From the NCBI GenBank assembly GCA_030390025.1, contig CM059432.1, forward strand, positions 139,564,001-139,628,000: a stretch of 64,000 nucleotides of DNA, read 5' to 3'. The DNA comes from Squalus acanthias (taxonomy: Eukaryota). The position numbers and the translations under genes were made by a program. The notes beneath the pieces were generated by a model that was given only the letters and a program-made list of their open reading frames with translations, ran no database searches and had not been told where the DNA came from. The first letter of the stretch is position 1; the number at the start of each line of letters is the position of its first letter. Positions 12,713 to 24,989 of this stretch are shown here, piece by piece.

Positions 12713-13150
12713 GATATTACAAAAAGGATATATAGAAGCACAGGAGAAAGTATAAAAATGATTTATAAGAATGATACCAGAACTGCGAAGGTACAACTAA
12801 CAGGAATGACTGAACAGGCTGGGGCACTTTTTTCCAGAAAAGAGAAGGCCGAGGGGTGATCTGATAGAGGTCTTTAAAATTATGAAAGGATTCGATGGGG
12901 TAGATGTAGAGATGTTTCCACTTGTGGGGGAGTCCAAAACTAGGGGCCATAAATATAAGATAGTCACTAATAAATCCAATTGGGAATTCAGGAGAAATCT
13001 CTTTACTTAAGAAAGTGGTTAGAATGTGGAACTCGCTACTCCAAGGAATAGAAGGATATATTGATCGAGTGAGATGAAGTAAGGTGGGAGGAGGCTCCTA
13101 TGGAGCAGAAACACCGACATCGCCCAGTTTGGCCAAATGGCCTGTCTCTG
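12713..13150 (+). mobile_element. CR1 LINE 3' fragment
   Basis: Encodes a degenerate EKRRPRGDLIEVFKIMKGFD..RGHKYK motif, closely similar to 58960-59390. Confidence 0.8.
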
Positions 13151-13484
13151 TGATGTAAAATGCTATGTAATATTTGAAAAACAAGCAGCAGAAATTACAC
13201 CAAAATTAAAAGTAGCTAATAGAAATAGGAGAAAGTTGAAAAATCTTTTGGCAGTGTGTATTTACAACACCAAAGTTCTGATTGGTCCCCTTGGATGACA
13301 AGACCAGTTTTCTAATTAGTCCCCTTGCAGGACAAGACACACCTAGCAGTTTGTCTGGAATGTGCAATTAGACCCTGTCTGCCTGAGTAATCAAGTACTT
13401 TGCAATATTCTGACTGCCAGGCTCCAGACAGAGCACACAGCACTGCTTTCAGAGAACAGCTGGAGCTCACTCTCGCGAGTTAGA

Positions 13485-13862
13485 ACCTTCTCTTCCCCCA
13501 CCCCCCAACAAGTTCCTGACATAGCCACACCCCCACCCCGCCCAAGTTCCTGACCTTCTCCCCCCACCCCCCAGGTTGCTGACCTTCTCCCCCCACCCCG
13601 GCTTCCTGACATTCTCCCTCTCCCCCCGCCGAAGATCCTGACCTTCTCCCCCCCCCCCTGAGTTCCTGACCTTCTCCCCCCCCCCCGAGTTCCTGACCTT
13701 CTCCCCCCCCCCGAGTTCCTGACCTTCTCCCTCCCCCCCTGAGTTCCTGACCCCCGACAAGTTCCTGACCTTGCCCCTCCCCCACCCGAGTTCCTGACCT
13801 TCACCTCTTCCCAACAAGTTCCTGACCTTCTCGTCCCGCCCACCCCCACCCCCCCCCCTCCC
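13485..13862. repeat. C-rich tandem repeat (~28-30 bp, GAGTTCCTGACCTTCTCCCCCCCCCC)
   Basis: About 12 degenerate copies visible. The - strand carries G-tracts. Confidence 0.85.
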
Positions 13863-14314
13863 CACAGATGAGGCATTGTGTGTGGGTCACAGATTGTTAA
13901 CAGGTCTATTGGGTATGAAGCGAATAGTGACAGTGTTATGACTTCCAGATTTCGTCTAGTCCAATGCCACACACGCTCCAAGCTTTCCGAGAAATCAACC
14001 AGATCTAGGGGGAGGAGAGGGAGAACGTGGTGTGGGTGTAAAGGGGATGAGGTTGGAAGAACATGATCTACGTCTAACAGAGGGGGGGAGAACGTGATCC
14101 GTCTTCCCATCTGGATCATGTTTCACTTTCCCCCCCCCACCTTTGGACCTGGATCACACTCTTCCCCCATCCCCACTGTTATCTCCGTGCTCTTCCCCTG
14201 CCCCCCAAGTTCCTGACCTTCTCTCCCCCCCTTTGATCCCCCCTCCTCTCTTCCCCCCTTCTATCGCCTCCTCTTTCCCCACTTCGATCCTCTCTTCCAC
14301 CCCCCCCCCCCCCC

Positions 14315-17008
14315 AATCAAACGGGCTGCTTTGTCCTGGATGGTGTCGAGCTTCTGGAGTGTTGTTGGAGCTGCACTCACCCAGGCAAGTGAAGAGTTTT
14401 CCATCACACTCCCTACTTGTGCCTTGTAGATGGTGGAAAGGCTTTCGGGAGTCAGGAGGTGATACACTCTCCGCAGAATACCTAGCCTCTGACCTGCTCT
14501 TGTTGCCACAGTATTTATGTGGCTGGTCCAGTTAAGTATCTGGTCAATGGTGACCCCCAGGTTGTTGATGGTGGGGGATTTGGCGATGATAATGCCATTG
14601 AATGTCAAGGAGCAGTGGTTAGACTCTCGCTTGTTGGAGTTAGTCATTGCCTGACACTTGTGTGGCGCAAATGTTACCTGCCACTTATCAGACCAAGCTT
14701 GAACATCGTCCAAGTCTTGTTGCATGCAGGCATGGACTGCTTCATTATCTGAGGAGTTGTGAATGGCACTGAACACTGAGCAGTCATCAGCAACATCCCC
14801 ATTTCTGACCTTATGTTGGAGGGAAGGTCATTGATGAAGCAGCTGAAGATGGTTGGGCCTAGGACACTGCCCTGAGGAACTCCTGCAGTGATGTCCTGGG
14901 GCTGAGATGATTGACCTTCAACCACCACAACCATCTTCCTTTGTGCTAGGTATGACTCCAGCCAGTGGAGATTTCCCCCCTCCCCTCCCCCCCACAGATT
15001 CCCATTGACTTCAGTTTTACTAGGGCTCCTTCATGCCACACTCGGTCAAATGCTGCCTTGATGTCAAGGGCAGTCACTCTCACCTCACCTCTGGAATTCA
15101 GCTCCTTTGTCCATGTTTAGACCAAGGCTGTAATGAGGTCGGGAGCCGAGTGGTCCTGGCGGAACCCAAACTGGGCATCAGTGAGCAGGTTATTGGTGAG
15201 TCAGTGCTGCTTGATAGCACTGTCGATGACACCTTCCATCACTTTGCTGATGATTGAGAGTAGATTGATGGGGCGGAAATTGGCCAGATTGCATTTGTCC
15301 TGCTTTTTGTGGACAGGACATACCTGGGCAGTTTTCCACATTGTCAGATAGATGCCAGTGCTGTAGCTGTACTGGAACAGCTTGGCTAGAGGCGTGGCTA
15401 GTTCTGGAGCACAAGTCTTCAGCACGATAGCCGGGATGTTGTTGGGGCCCATAGCCTTTGCTGTATCCAGTGTGCTCAGCCTTTTCTTGATATCATGTGG
15501 AGTGAATCGAATTGGCTGAAGACTGGTTTCTGTGATGGTGGAGACCTCAGGAGTAGGCCGATATGGATCATCCACTCGTCACTTCTGGCTGAAGATGGTT
15601 GCAAATGCTTCAGCCTTGTCTTTTGCACTCATGTGCTGGGCTCCACCATCATTGAGGATGGGGATATTCAAGGAGCCTCCTCCTCCCGTTAGTTGTTTAA
15701 TGGGCCACCACCATTCACGACTGGATGTGGCAGGACTGCAGAGCTTTGATCTGATCCATTGATTGTGGGATCGCTTAGCCCTGTCTATAGCATGCTGCTT
15801 CCGCTTTTTAGCATGCATGTAGTCCTGTGTTGCAGCTTCCCCAGGTTGGCACCTCATTTTTAGGTACGCCTGGTGCTGCTCCTGGCATGCTCTTCTACAC
15901 TCCTTATTTAACCAGGGTTGGTCCCCTGGCTTGATGGTAATGGTAGAGTGAGGGATATGCTGGGCCATGAGGTTACAGATTATGGTGGAATACAATTCTG
16001 CTGCTGCTGATGGCCCACAGCGCCTCATGGATGCCCAGTTTTGAGCTGCTAGATCTGTTCTGAATCTATCCCATTTAGCACGGTGGTAGTGCCACACAAT
16101 ATGATGGAGGGTGCAGTGGGGAAAGAGTTAAAATGACATCGCTGGCAGTTTCACTGAATGGTGTAAGAAAGACAGGTGCTAACATGAAAGCCCACATCTA
16201 TAAAGATGCGGTCAAGATAGCTGACCTTTGAAGAGAAAAAAAAGCAACTAAGTGGAGACAGGATGTCCAACATTTCAACTGCCTTTAACAGCTTTATTAC
16301 CGAGGTCACATTCCAAGGTATCTTTTAATTAGCATTCAGCAGTTTGAGTGATTGGTTGAGGAGACAGCTTACACATGTTGACATTAAGATTTGTAACCAA
16401 TCCGTGAAGGTGCATGCGGGCCAAGATCCAATCAGATGGCAGGAATGAATTTTGCATGAGATGGCCATGTGTATTTTAATGTATAAAAATGTAGTGTTTG
16501 CTGTAACAATTTGGAGAAGTCTGGCTAAAGACAGAGCAGACTGTCTCCCCACCGGTGTAATAAAGACAACTTGACTATCGATCCGAAAACCTTGTGTCGA
16601 GTGTTGGTTTAAAATACTCCACAACAGAGGGTGTCCTCAGTGTGAAGATGGGACTTCGTCTCCACAAGGACTGTGCAGTGGTCACTGCTGCCAATACTTT
16701 CATGGACAGTTGTATCTGCGACAGGTAGATTGGTGAGGACGAGGTCAAGTAGGTTTTTAACCTCGTGTTGGTTCTCTCACCGCCTGTCGCAGGTCCAGAC
16801 TGGCAGCTATGTCCTTCAGGACTTGCCCAGCTCGGTCAGTAGTGGTGCTAATGAGCCACTCTTGGCGATGGACATTGAAGTCCCCCACCCAGAGTACATT
16901 CTGTGCCCTTGTTACCCTCAGTGCTTCTTCCAAGTGGTGTTCAACATGGAGGAGTACTGATTCATCAGCTGAGGGAGGGCGGTAGGTGGTAATCAGCAGG
17001 AGGTTTCC
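14315..17008 (-). mobile_element. CR1/L2-group LINE ORF2 (APE + RT), decayed and truncated at both ends
   Basis: APE motifs TTYRPP and WVGDFNVH. RT motifs KAMGPNNIP, FRPINLLSIISKVME and [11 protein letters not shown]-terminal YKAQV..LDTIQDKAARLIG. Multiple frameshifts and stops. Confidence 0.92.
16112..16626 (+). mobile_element. Solo LTR (515 bp) nested in the LINE
   Basis: TG...CA termini with imperfect inverted repeat (TGcaGTGG / CCACaaCA) and 5-bp TSD GAGGG (16107-16111 / 16627-16631). CCAAT boxes at ~16397 and ~16428, TATAAAA at 16482, AATAAA at 16559. The LINE resumes seamlessly after it. Confidence 0.8.
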
Positions 17009-17009
17009 T

Positions 17010-20000
17010 GTTTCGATCCCCTCTCTCCTCTTTCCCCCTTCGATCACCTCCCCTCTCTTCCCCCTTCGATCCCCTCCCCTCTCTTTCCCCCTTCGATCCC
17101 CTCCCCTCTTTCCCCCTTCTATCCCCACCCCACCTCTTTCCCCCTTCTATCCCATCTCCTCTTTCCCCCTTCGATCCCCTCTCCTCTTTCCCCCTTCGAT
17201 CCCCTCCTCTTTCCCCCTTCGATCCCCTCTCCTCCTTCCCCCTTCGATACCCTCTCCTTTCCCCCTTCGATCCCCTCTCCTCCTTTCCTCCTTCGATCCC
17301 CTCCCCTCTCCCCCTTCGATCCCCTCCCCTCCCCTCTTTCCCCCTTCGATCCCCTCTCCTCTTTCCCCCTTCGATCCCCTCTCCTCTTTCTCCCTTCGAT
17401 CCCCTTCCCTCTCTTTCCCCCTTTGATCCCCTCCCCTCTTTCCCCCTTCTATCCCCTCCCCTTTCAATCCCCTCTCCTCTTTCCCCCTTCGATCCCCTCA
17501 CCTCTTTCCCCCTTCGATCCCCTCCTTTCCCCCTTCAATCCCCTCCTTTCCCCCTTCAATCCCCTCCTTTCCCCCTTCGATCCCCTCCCCTCCTTCCCCC
17601 TTCGATCCCCTCTCCTCTTTCCCTTTGATCCCCTCTCCTCTTTCCCCCTTCGATCCCCTCCTCCTTCCCCCTTCGATGCCCTCCCCTCCTTGATCCCCTC
17701 CCCTCTTTGATCCCCTCCCCTTTCCCCCTTCGATCCCCTCCCCTCCTCTTTCCCCCTTGATCCCCTCCCCTCCTCTTTCCCCCTTGATCCCCTCCCCTCC
17801 TCTTTCCCCCTTGATCCCCTCCCCTCCTCTTTCCCCCTTCGATCCCCTCCCCTCCTCTTTCCCCCTTCGATCCCCTCCTCTTTCCCCCTTCGATCCCCTC
17901 CCCTTTCCCCCTTTGATCCCCTCCCCTCTTTCCCTTTTGATCCCCTCCCCTCTTTACCCCTTTGATCCCCTCCCCTCTTTCCCCCTTCGATCCCCTCGCC
18001 TCTTTCCTCCTTCAATCCCCTCTCCTCTTTCCCCCTTCAATCCCCTCTCCTTTCCCCCTTTGATCCCCTCTCCTCTTTCCCCCTTCAATCCTCTCTCCTC
18101 TTTCCCCCTTCGATCCCCTCTCCTCCCTTTCCCCCTTCGATCCCCTCCCCCTTCAATCCCCTCTCCTCTTTCCCCCTTCGATCCCCTTCCCTCTTTCCCC
18201 CTTTGATCCCCTCTGCTCTTTCCCCCTTCGATCCCCTCTCCTCCCTTTCCCTTTCGATCCCCTCCCCCTTCGATCCCCTCTCCTCTTTCCCCCTTCGATC
18301 CCCTCCTCTTTCCCCCTTCGATCCGCTCTCCTCCCTTTCCCCCTTCGATCCCCTTCCCTTTCCCCCTTTGATCCCCTCTGCTCTTTCCCCCTTCGATCCC
18401 CTCTCCTCCCTTTCCCCTTTCGATCCCCTCCCCCTTCGATCACCTCTCCTCTTTCCCCCTTCAATCCGCTCCTCTTTCCCTTCGATCCCCTCTCCTCCCT
18501 TTCCCCCTTCGATCCCCTCTCCTCCCTTTCCCCCTTCGATCCCCTCCCCTTTCCCCCTTCGATCCCCTCCTCTTTCCCTCTTCGATCCCCTCCCCTCCTC
18601 TTTTCCCCTTCGACCCCCTCCGCTCCTCTTTCCCCCTTCGATCCCCTCCCCTCCTCTTTTCCCCTTCAACCCCCTGCCCTTCTCTTTCCCCCTTCGATCC
18701 CCTCCCCTCCCCTCCTCGTCCCCCCTTCGATCCCCTCCCCTCCGCTTTCCCCCTTCGATCCCCTCCCCTCTTTCCCTTCGATCCCCTCCCTCTTTCCCCC
18801 TTCGATCCCCTCCCCCTTCGATCACCTCTCCTCTTTCTCCCTTCGATCCCCTCTCCTTTCTTTCCCCCTTCGATCCCCTCGCCTCTTTCCCCCTTCGATC
18901 CCCTCCCCCCCTTCGATCCCCTCCTCTTCCCCCTTCGATCCCCTCTCCTCTTTCCCCCTCCCTCTCTTTCCCCCTTCGATCCCCTCCTCCCTTTCCCCTT
19001 TCGATCCCCTCACCCTTCGATCCCCTCTCCTCTTTCCCCCTTCGATCCCCTCTCCTTTCTTTCCCCCTTCGATCCCCTCGCCTCTTTCCCCCTTTGATCC
19101 CCTCCCCCCCTTCGATCCCCTCCTCTTTCCCCCTTCGATCCCCTCTACTTTTTTCCCCCTTCGATCCCCTCCACTCTCCCCTCCCCCTTTCGATCCTCTC
19201 TCTCCCCACCCCCCTTCGATCCCCTCTCCTCTTTCCCCCTTCGATCCCCTTCCCTCTCTTTCTCCCTTTGATCCCCTCTGCTCTTTCCCCCTTCGATCCC
19301 CTCCTCCCTTTCCCCTTTCGATCCCCTCCCCCTTCGATCCCCTCTCCTCTTTCCCCCTTCGATCCCCTCTCCTCCCTTTCCCCTTTCGATCCCCTCCTTT
19401 CCCTTTGATCCCCTTCCCTCTTTCCCCCTTTGATCCCCTCTGCTCTTTCCCCCTTCGATCCCCTCTCCTCCCTTTCCCCTTTCGATCCCCTCCCCCTTCG
19501 ATCACCTCTCCTCTTTCCCCCTTCAATCCTCTCCTCTTTCCCCCTTTGATCCCCTCTCCTCCCTTCAATCCCCTCCCCTTTCCCCCTTCGATCCCCTCCC
19601 CTCCTCTTTTCCCCTTTGACCCCCTCCGCTCCTCTTTCCCCCTTCGACCCCCTCCCCTCCTCTTTCCCCCTTCGACCCCCTCCCCTCCTCTTTCCCCCTT
19701 CGACCCCCCTCCCCTCCTCTTTCCCCCTTCGACCCCCTCCCCTCCTCTTTCCCCCTTCGACCCCCTCCCCTCCTCTTTCCCCCTTCGATCCCCTCCCCTC
19801 CTTCGATCCCCTCCCCTCCTTTCCCCCTTCGATCCCCTCCCCTCCTCTTTCCCCTTTGATCCCCTCCCCTCCTTTCCCCCTTCGATTCCCTCCCCTCCTT
19901 TCCCCCTTCGATTCCCTCCCCTCCTCTTTGCCCCTTCGATCCCCTCCCCTCCTCTTTACCCCTTCGATCCCCTCCCCTCCTCTTCCCCCCTTCGATCCCC

Positions 20001-20560
20001 TCCCTTTCCCCCTTCGATCCCCTCCCCTCTTTCCCCCTTCAATCCCCTCCCCTTTCCCCCTTCGATCCCCTCCCCTTTCCCCCTTCGATCCCCTCCCCCT
20101 TCGATCACCTCTCCTTTCGATCCCCTCCCCCTTCGATCACCTCTCCTCTTTCCCCCTTCGATCACCTCTCCTCTTTCCCCCTTCGATCCCCTCTCCTCTT
20201 TCCCCCTTCGATCCCCTCCTCTTTCCCTCTTCGATCCCCTCCTCTTTCCCCCTTCGATCCCCTCCTCTTTCCCCCTTCGATCCCCTCTCCTCTTTCCCCC
20301 TTCGATCCCCTCCTCTTTCCCCCTTCGATCCCCTCCTCTTTCCCCCTTCGATCCCCTCTCCTTTCTTTCCCCCTTCGATCCCCTCGCCTCTTTCCCCCTT
20401 CAATCCCCTCCCCCCCTTCGATCCCCTCCTCTTTCCCCCTTCGATCCCCTCCTTTCTTTCCCCCTTCGATCCCCTCCACTCTCCCCCCCCCTTTCGATCC
20501 TCTCTCTCCCCACCCCCCTTCGATCCTCTCTTCTCTCCCCACCCCACATCCGATCCCCTA
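17010..20560. repeat. 3.5-kb polypyrimidine/polypurine minisatellite (~20-28 bp, CCCCCTTCGATCCCCTCTCCTCTTT)
   Basis: More than 100 degenerate units. The + strand is almost all C/T except the GA of TCGATC. Confidence 0.97.
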
Positions 20561-20834
20561 ACCTTCACAACACGGAACCGAGAGAAACGTGGCAGTACAG
20601 GCTGCTGCACCATTTAGTACTGCGCACGCGCAGTTAGTGAAAAATGTGTTGCAAATCATTCCGAATTCTTATTTGTGTGTCAGGTACTGGAAATCAACAT
20701 TAGTCCCACACACAGGCACAGTGACTCTCACACCCACCGTACCACACACTTACAACATGCAACTGTAACTGGATTGTAATGCGAGTTTCAGGAGAATGTT
20801 AAACTTGGGCACCACGGAAATAATTACACGCTAA

Positions 20835-20960
20835 GGGCTGGATTTTGAATGACCCATGGAGTTGGGTTTGGAGGCGTGTGGGGGGTTAAATTTGCGGGGT
20901 CGGGGTTTCCGACCCCATCCCGCCTCCACGCAATTTTGACAAAATCAGTCGCGGGCTAAA
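20835..20960 (+). mobile_element. Left-end fragment of the same MITE family as 5030-5871
   Basis: GGGCTGGATTTT...GGGTTTGGAGGCGTGTGGGGGGTTAAA matches 5030-5085 and is preceded by TAA. Confidence 0.75.
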
Positions 20961-22555
20961 TGGCCTCCTCCTGTTCCTATCTTCCTACTTCCTCTGCATG
21001 TCTTAAAAACTTACTGTGTTACTAAGATGTATTTTTTAAAAGTTGACTTGCTGTCAATTTTAGTGTAAACTGTGGCAGTTGTCATTACAATCTGGATGAA
21101 CCTTAAGTATGCAAACTACATACAGCTTGACTACCAAGTTTTAAACTCAAGTCTATAGTTGGCTCATGTCAACCTCATTTTGGTCAGGCACTAAACTAGA
21201 TAGTTTTGATTTAAATATGCTTATGTCATGGTAAAGCAATCATATAGTAACACTAAAAGTGGACCTTGTACTGAAAAATTATAGCTTTCTTTTACACCGC
21301 TGTGAAGCACATTGGGACATTTTTCAACATTAAAGACGTTGTATAAATGCAAGTTGTTTCATTTGTAAACCAGCAACAAAAAGTTGCCAAGTATCACTAA
21401 AACAGGAAAGACTGAGTTGTGATTAAGGACGAGTAAAATTTAAATATAGTCTCACATGTAACAAAAAAATTGCCCAAGATATAACATTGTAAAACAATCT
21501 AATGCATTCAAGTATCTGCTGATACTTGAAAATGTAACTTCAGGAATATGGGATGAAAATGTTTTACAGGCTTATCTCCTGTCTGTTTTGCACTAGGATA
21601 TGTAATCCTTATTCCACCGTTTTGCTGAAAACAAGTTTGCAGACCTTTATTAAATAAACTCAGAACAGTAACTGAAATTAAGAGAATGCTGCAATGGATT
21701 TACAATGGAAATGATTTGAAGGAAGCACTGTGTGGTGTTAAAGAAGTATTTCCAGACTTTGCTCAGCAAAACAGGGTCCCATGTATTACCTCCCTCACTT
21801 CAGAGCTTAAGACTCCATGAATACAGTTGCAGAATATTAATTGAAATAATTGTAATGCCTATTTTACTATTCACTTATCCAGAAAACGGGATCTTGAATA
21901 CGCTATATATTGAAACATTATCAAATTGCTTATTATTTGACATCTGAAAAGAACTTCTACCTGATCATCATATTCTCATAGAACTAGAGATGTTTTCTAG
22001 GATATTTGGCAGCAACTACAGAAGACATTTTTAGAAAAATAGACTCTGAAATAGTTACAACCTGAATACAATATGTCGGCACATAGTAAAATACAAACTT
22101 ATAATTCACATTTCAATAATTAAATCCCAATTTTAGTGTATTGTTTTAAAAACAAAGGTTTAATCAACACAACACAACTTTGAATTATAATTTTAGAAAG
22201 GACTTTGCATGGTCGTAACACACATACTACTGTATTTACTCATTAAAAATAAAATGTGACCTCTGGACCAGTGATCGGAGAGGAATTTTCTAGAGTAGTT
22301 TTTTTCCCCCCTCATTGGCCCTGTTTTTTTTTGCCTCCTTTACATGACTACGGGGAATAGCAAGTGCCTAGTCATGATACTCCAGCCATCATGAGTGTGG
22401 GACAGGCTTGGTGGACTAGCTGGTCTTTTCCTGGCCATCATTTTCATATGTAACTTCACACTTCCATGATTTGCATCTCACACATTTTCTGTTCCACACT
22501 ACAGAACATACTGGAAAGGTCTCCATAGCCGTTGGTCGCAGCAAATGATTTTAGA

Positions 22556-23790
22556 TCAGCAACAGCCCATAATGATGCTAAGAATGCCAAGTTGATCCTG
22601 GTCAATCACTGGCTCAGCTTCATCACATTCTTCATCTTTCATGTGTTCAAGAATATGGTCTCCCAGCTGCCCTGACAAGAGGTTCCTCTTCCTGTTTGCC
22701 AAGCTCTTCACAAGTTGGTGTTTCAGTGTCAAGTTCAATAAAGCGAGCAACATCAACAATTGTTTGCACGGTCTCCAACACAGGTATTCCTTGGTTACTG
22801 AAACATTAGCTTCCTCAGTGGGGGAAAATGCCACAACTCTGGAAACATTTTGTGATGGCAGAGACTGGTATTCATTCCAAGCTGCTGAAATCCATCGTAC
22901 TGCACGAAGCACAGAGATCTGCGAAACCAGCCTCTGCTTGGTCACCCGTGCTGATTATGGTTTGTACAATTAGTTTGTGGTACAAACTCTGAAAATATTT
23001 TTGTCACTCTTGCTTACAGAGGTTGAAGAGAATAACGAGGATGAAGAGACTAACATGTGTTATGTGCACTAAACCTCTTAATAAAAATATTGCCAATGTT
23101 TAATTCTGGATTAAAAACAGAAAATGCTTAGCCAGTCAAGTAACATCTGTGGAGAGAGACAGAGACAGACAGAGTTAACATTTCAGGTTGATGACCTTTC
23201 ATCGATTATTTGGTGGATTATTACACAATAGTAAGAAGTTCCCTCTCTTTGCTTTCATCTTCTTCTTTAGGTCTTGCAGGAGTTCACCCGGAATGTCAGA
23301 AGTCATCAACGCCTTTCTTTTATCTTTCCAGATTACTGGGAAATCATTTACATCCAAGTTTTAAAAGGTTTTGCAGCCTTTCCGATAACAGACGCTGCCA
23401 TTTTCTCACCAGCAAAACTTGCACAGATCACAAAAGTAAGTTGTTTACGTGCCATTTCCACTCCTTTTGCTTCTTCGCATGTCCGTAACAAAGATTTGTT
23501 GAGCACAGCACATAGTCCAATTTGATCCAGGCTCAAGACATTTCCAAAATGGTCAGCACAGCTGTCAGCCACAAGATTCCTCCAGTATCAATTTCTTCAG
23601 GTGCAAGTCCTGCAGAGGGGCATTTTAAAAGCGATGTTGTACCATTTGAGTTAACTTTCTAATCATCTGTTACTAGCTTTAAAGGAAGCGCTGAGCAATA
23701 TAGAGGCAAACTCCAGTGCTTATCTTTGAATCATTGGGCAACTTACGGGAATGTTGTGCTGAGCAATCTGAAACCAAACAAACAAAAATC
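22556..23790 (-). mobile_element. Fossil pogo/Tigger (TIGD-like) transposase
   Basis: CENP-B-type HTH LFVWFQIAQHNIPVSCPMIQR*ALEFA and FKASNR*LE. DDE-1 region LTFVICASFAGEKMAASVIGKAAKP. C-terminal ISVLRAVRWISAAWNE. Many stops. Confidence 0.75.
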
Positions 23791-24529
23791 TATTGAGGTA
23801 GGAATTTGCGTAATGAACATACTTTTAAAGTAAACTTCTCTTTAAAGCGTAGAACAGATACTTCTAAAATGCGGAATTGCATTACATTTCACTGTGTGTT
23901 ACACAGGCAGTAACGGCACAGCGCGTCGTTCCTTATTCAGAAAATCTGATTTTGTACATTAAATGATTGGTTTTAAAGTCACAAGCAAATTTTTAAATAT
24001 TTGTGAAACTGATAAAACACAATTGCTGTTTTAGAATGACTGCGGATGCAAAATCTTATTCGATTGCAGCAAAAACGTTTACAGGAGAATGAGGCGACCA
24101 CATACAAAGTTATTTAAATATGCAACTTCACGCACAAAAACAAAGAAGGAAAACATTAAAGAATCATACAACACAGGAGGCCAGCGTGCCTGCTCTTTGA
24201 AAGTGCTATCCAATTTGTCCCACTCCCCCTACTCTTTCCCCATAGGCCTGCAAAATTTTCCTTTTCAAGTATTTATCCAATTCCCTTTTGAAAGTTACTA
24301 TTGAATCTGCTTCCACCGCCCTTTCAGGCAGTGCATTCCAGATCATAAACTTGCTGCATAAAAAAAAATCTCATCTCTCCCCTTTGGTTCACTTGCCAAT
24401 TACCTTAAATTGGTGCCCTTTGGTTATCAACCCTCCTGCCACTGGAAACAGTTTCTCCTTATTTAATCTATCAAAACCCTTCACAATAAAGCGATGTAAC
24501 AGGAACTATTAATATAATCTGCTGTTGCT

Positions 24530-24875
24530 GATGATTCTGCTATTCCCATTTACACCTCCTCTAGACCCATCTTTTGTTTCTTGTTCCATTACCATCTTCT
24601 TTCGCCTTGCACCATCATCCCTTTTGTCATTTAATCACTCCTGCCTTCCACCCTATCACAGACCTTCCCTTTCGTTCTTTCCTCCCCTCCTCTTGCCTCT
24701 GCATTTGCTTAAAATCTGTTATATCTCAAACTTTTCCCAGTTCTGACAAGGGTCATCGACCTGAAACGTTAACTCTGTTTCTCTCTCCACAGATGCTGCC
24801 TGGCCTGCTGAGTATTTCCAGCATTTTCTGTTTCTATTTCAAGATTTCCAGCATCCGCAGAATTCTGCTCTTGTG
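24530..24875 (+). mobile_element. Penelope-like terminal repeat (second family) with degenerate hammerhead
   Basis: AGTT-CTGAC-AA-GGGTC(ATC)GACCT-GAAA-CGTT-AACT at ~24739-24774, followed by CCACAGATGCTGCC..CTGCTGAG. Related pieces lie at 23110-23205 (-) and 36255-36425. Confidence 0.6.
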
Positions 24876-24989
24876 TTGTTGTAGCAGGAACTGTTCCTGC
24901 ACTCCGTACGACATAAAGATTTATATGCAAATCTGCAGAGAGCAAAGCAATAAATAAACTGGCACCACAAACGTGACCTGAAGAGAGAA

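Noticed and set aside
16965..20637. Long G/R/E-rich and P/S/F-rich ORFs up to 410 aa
   Set aside because: Artefacts of a stop-poor purine/pyrimidine repeat that is open in several frames on both strands.
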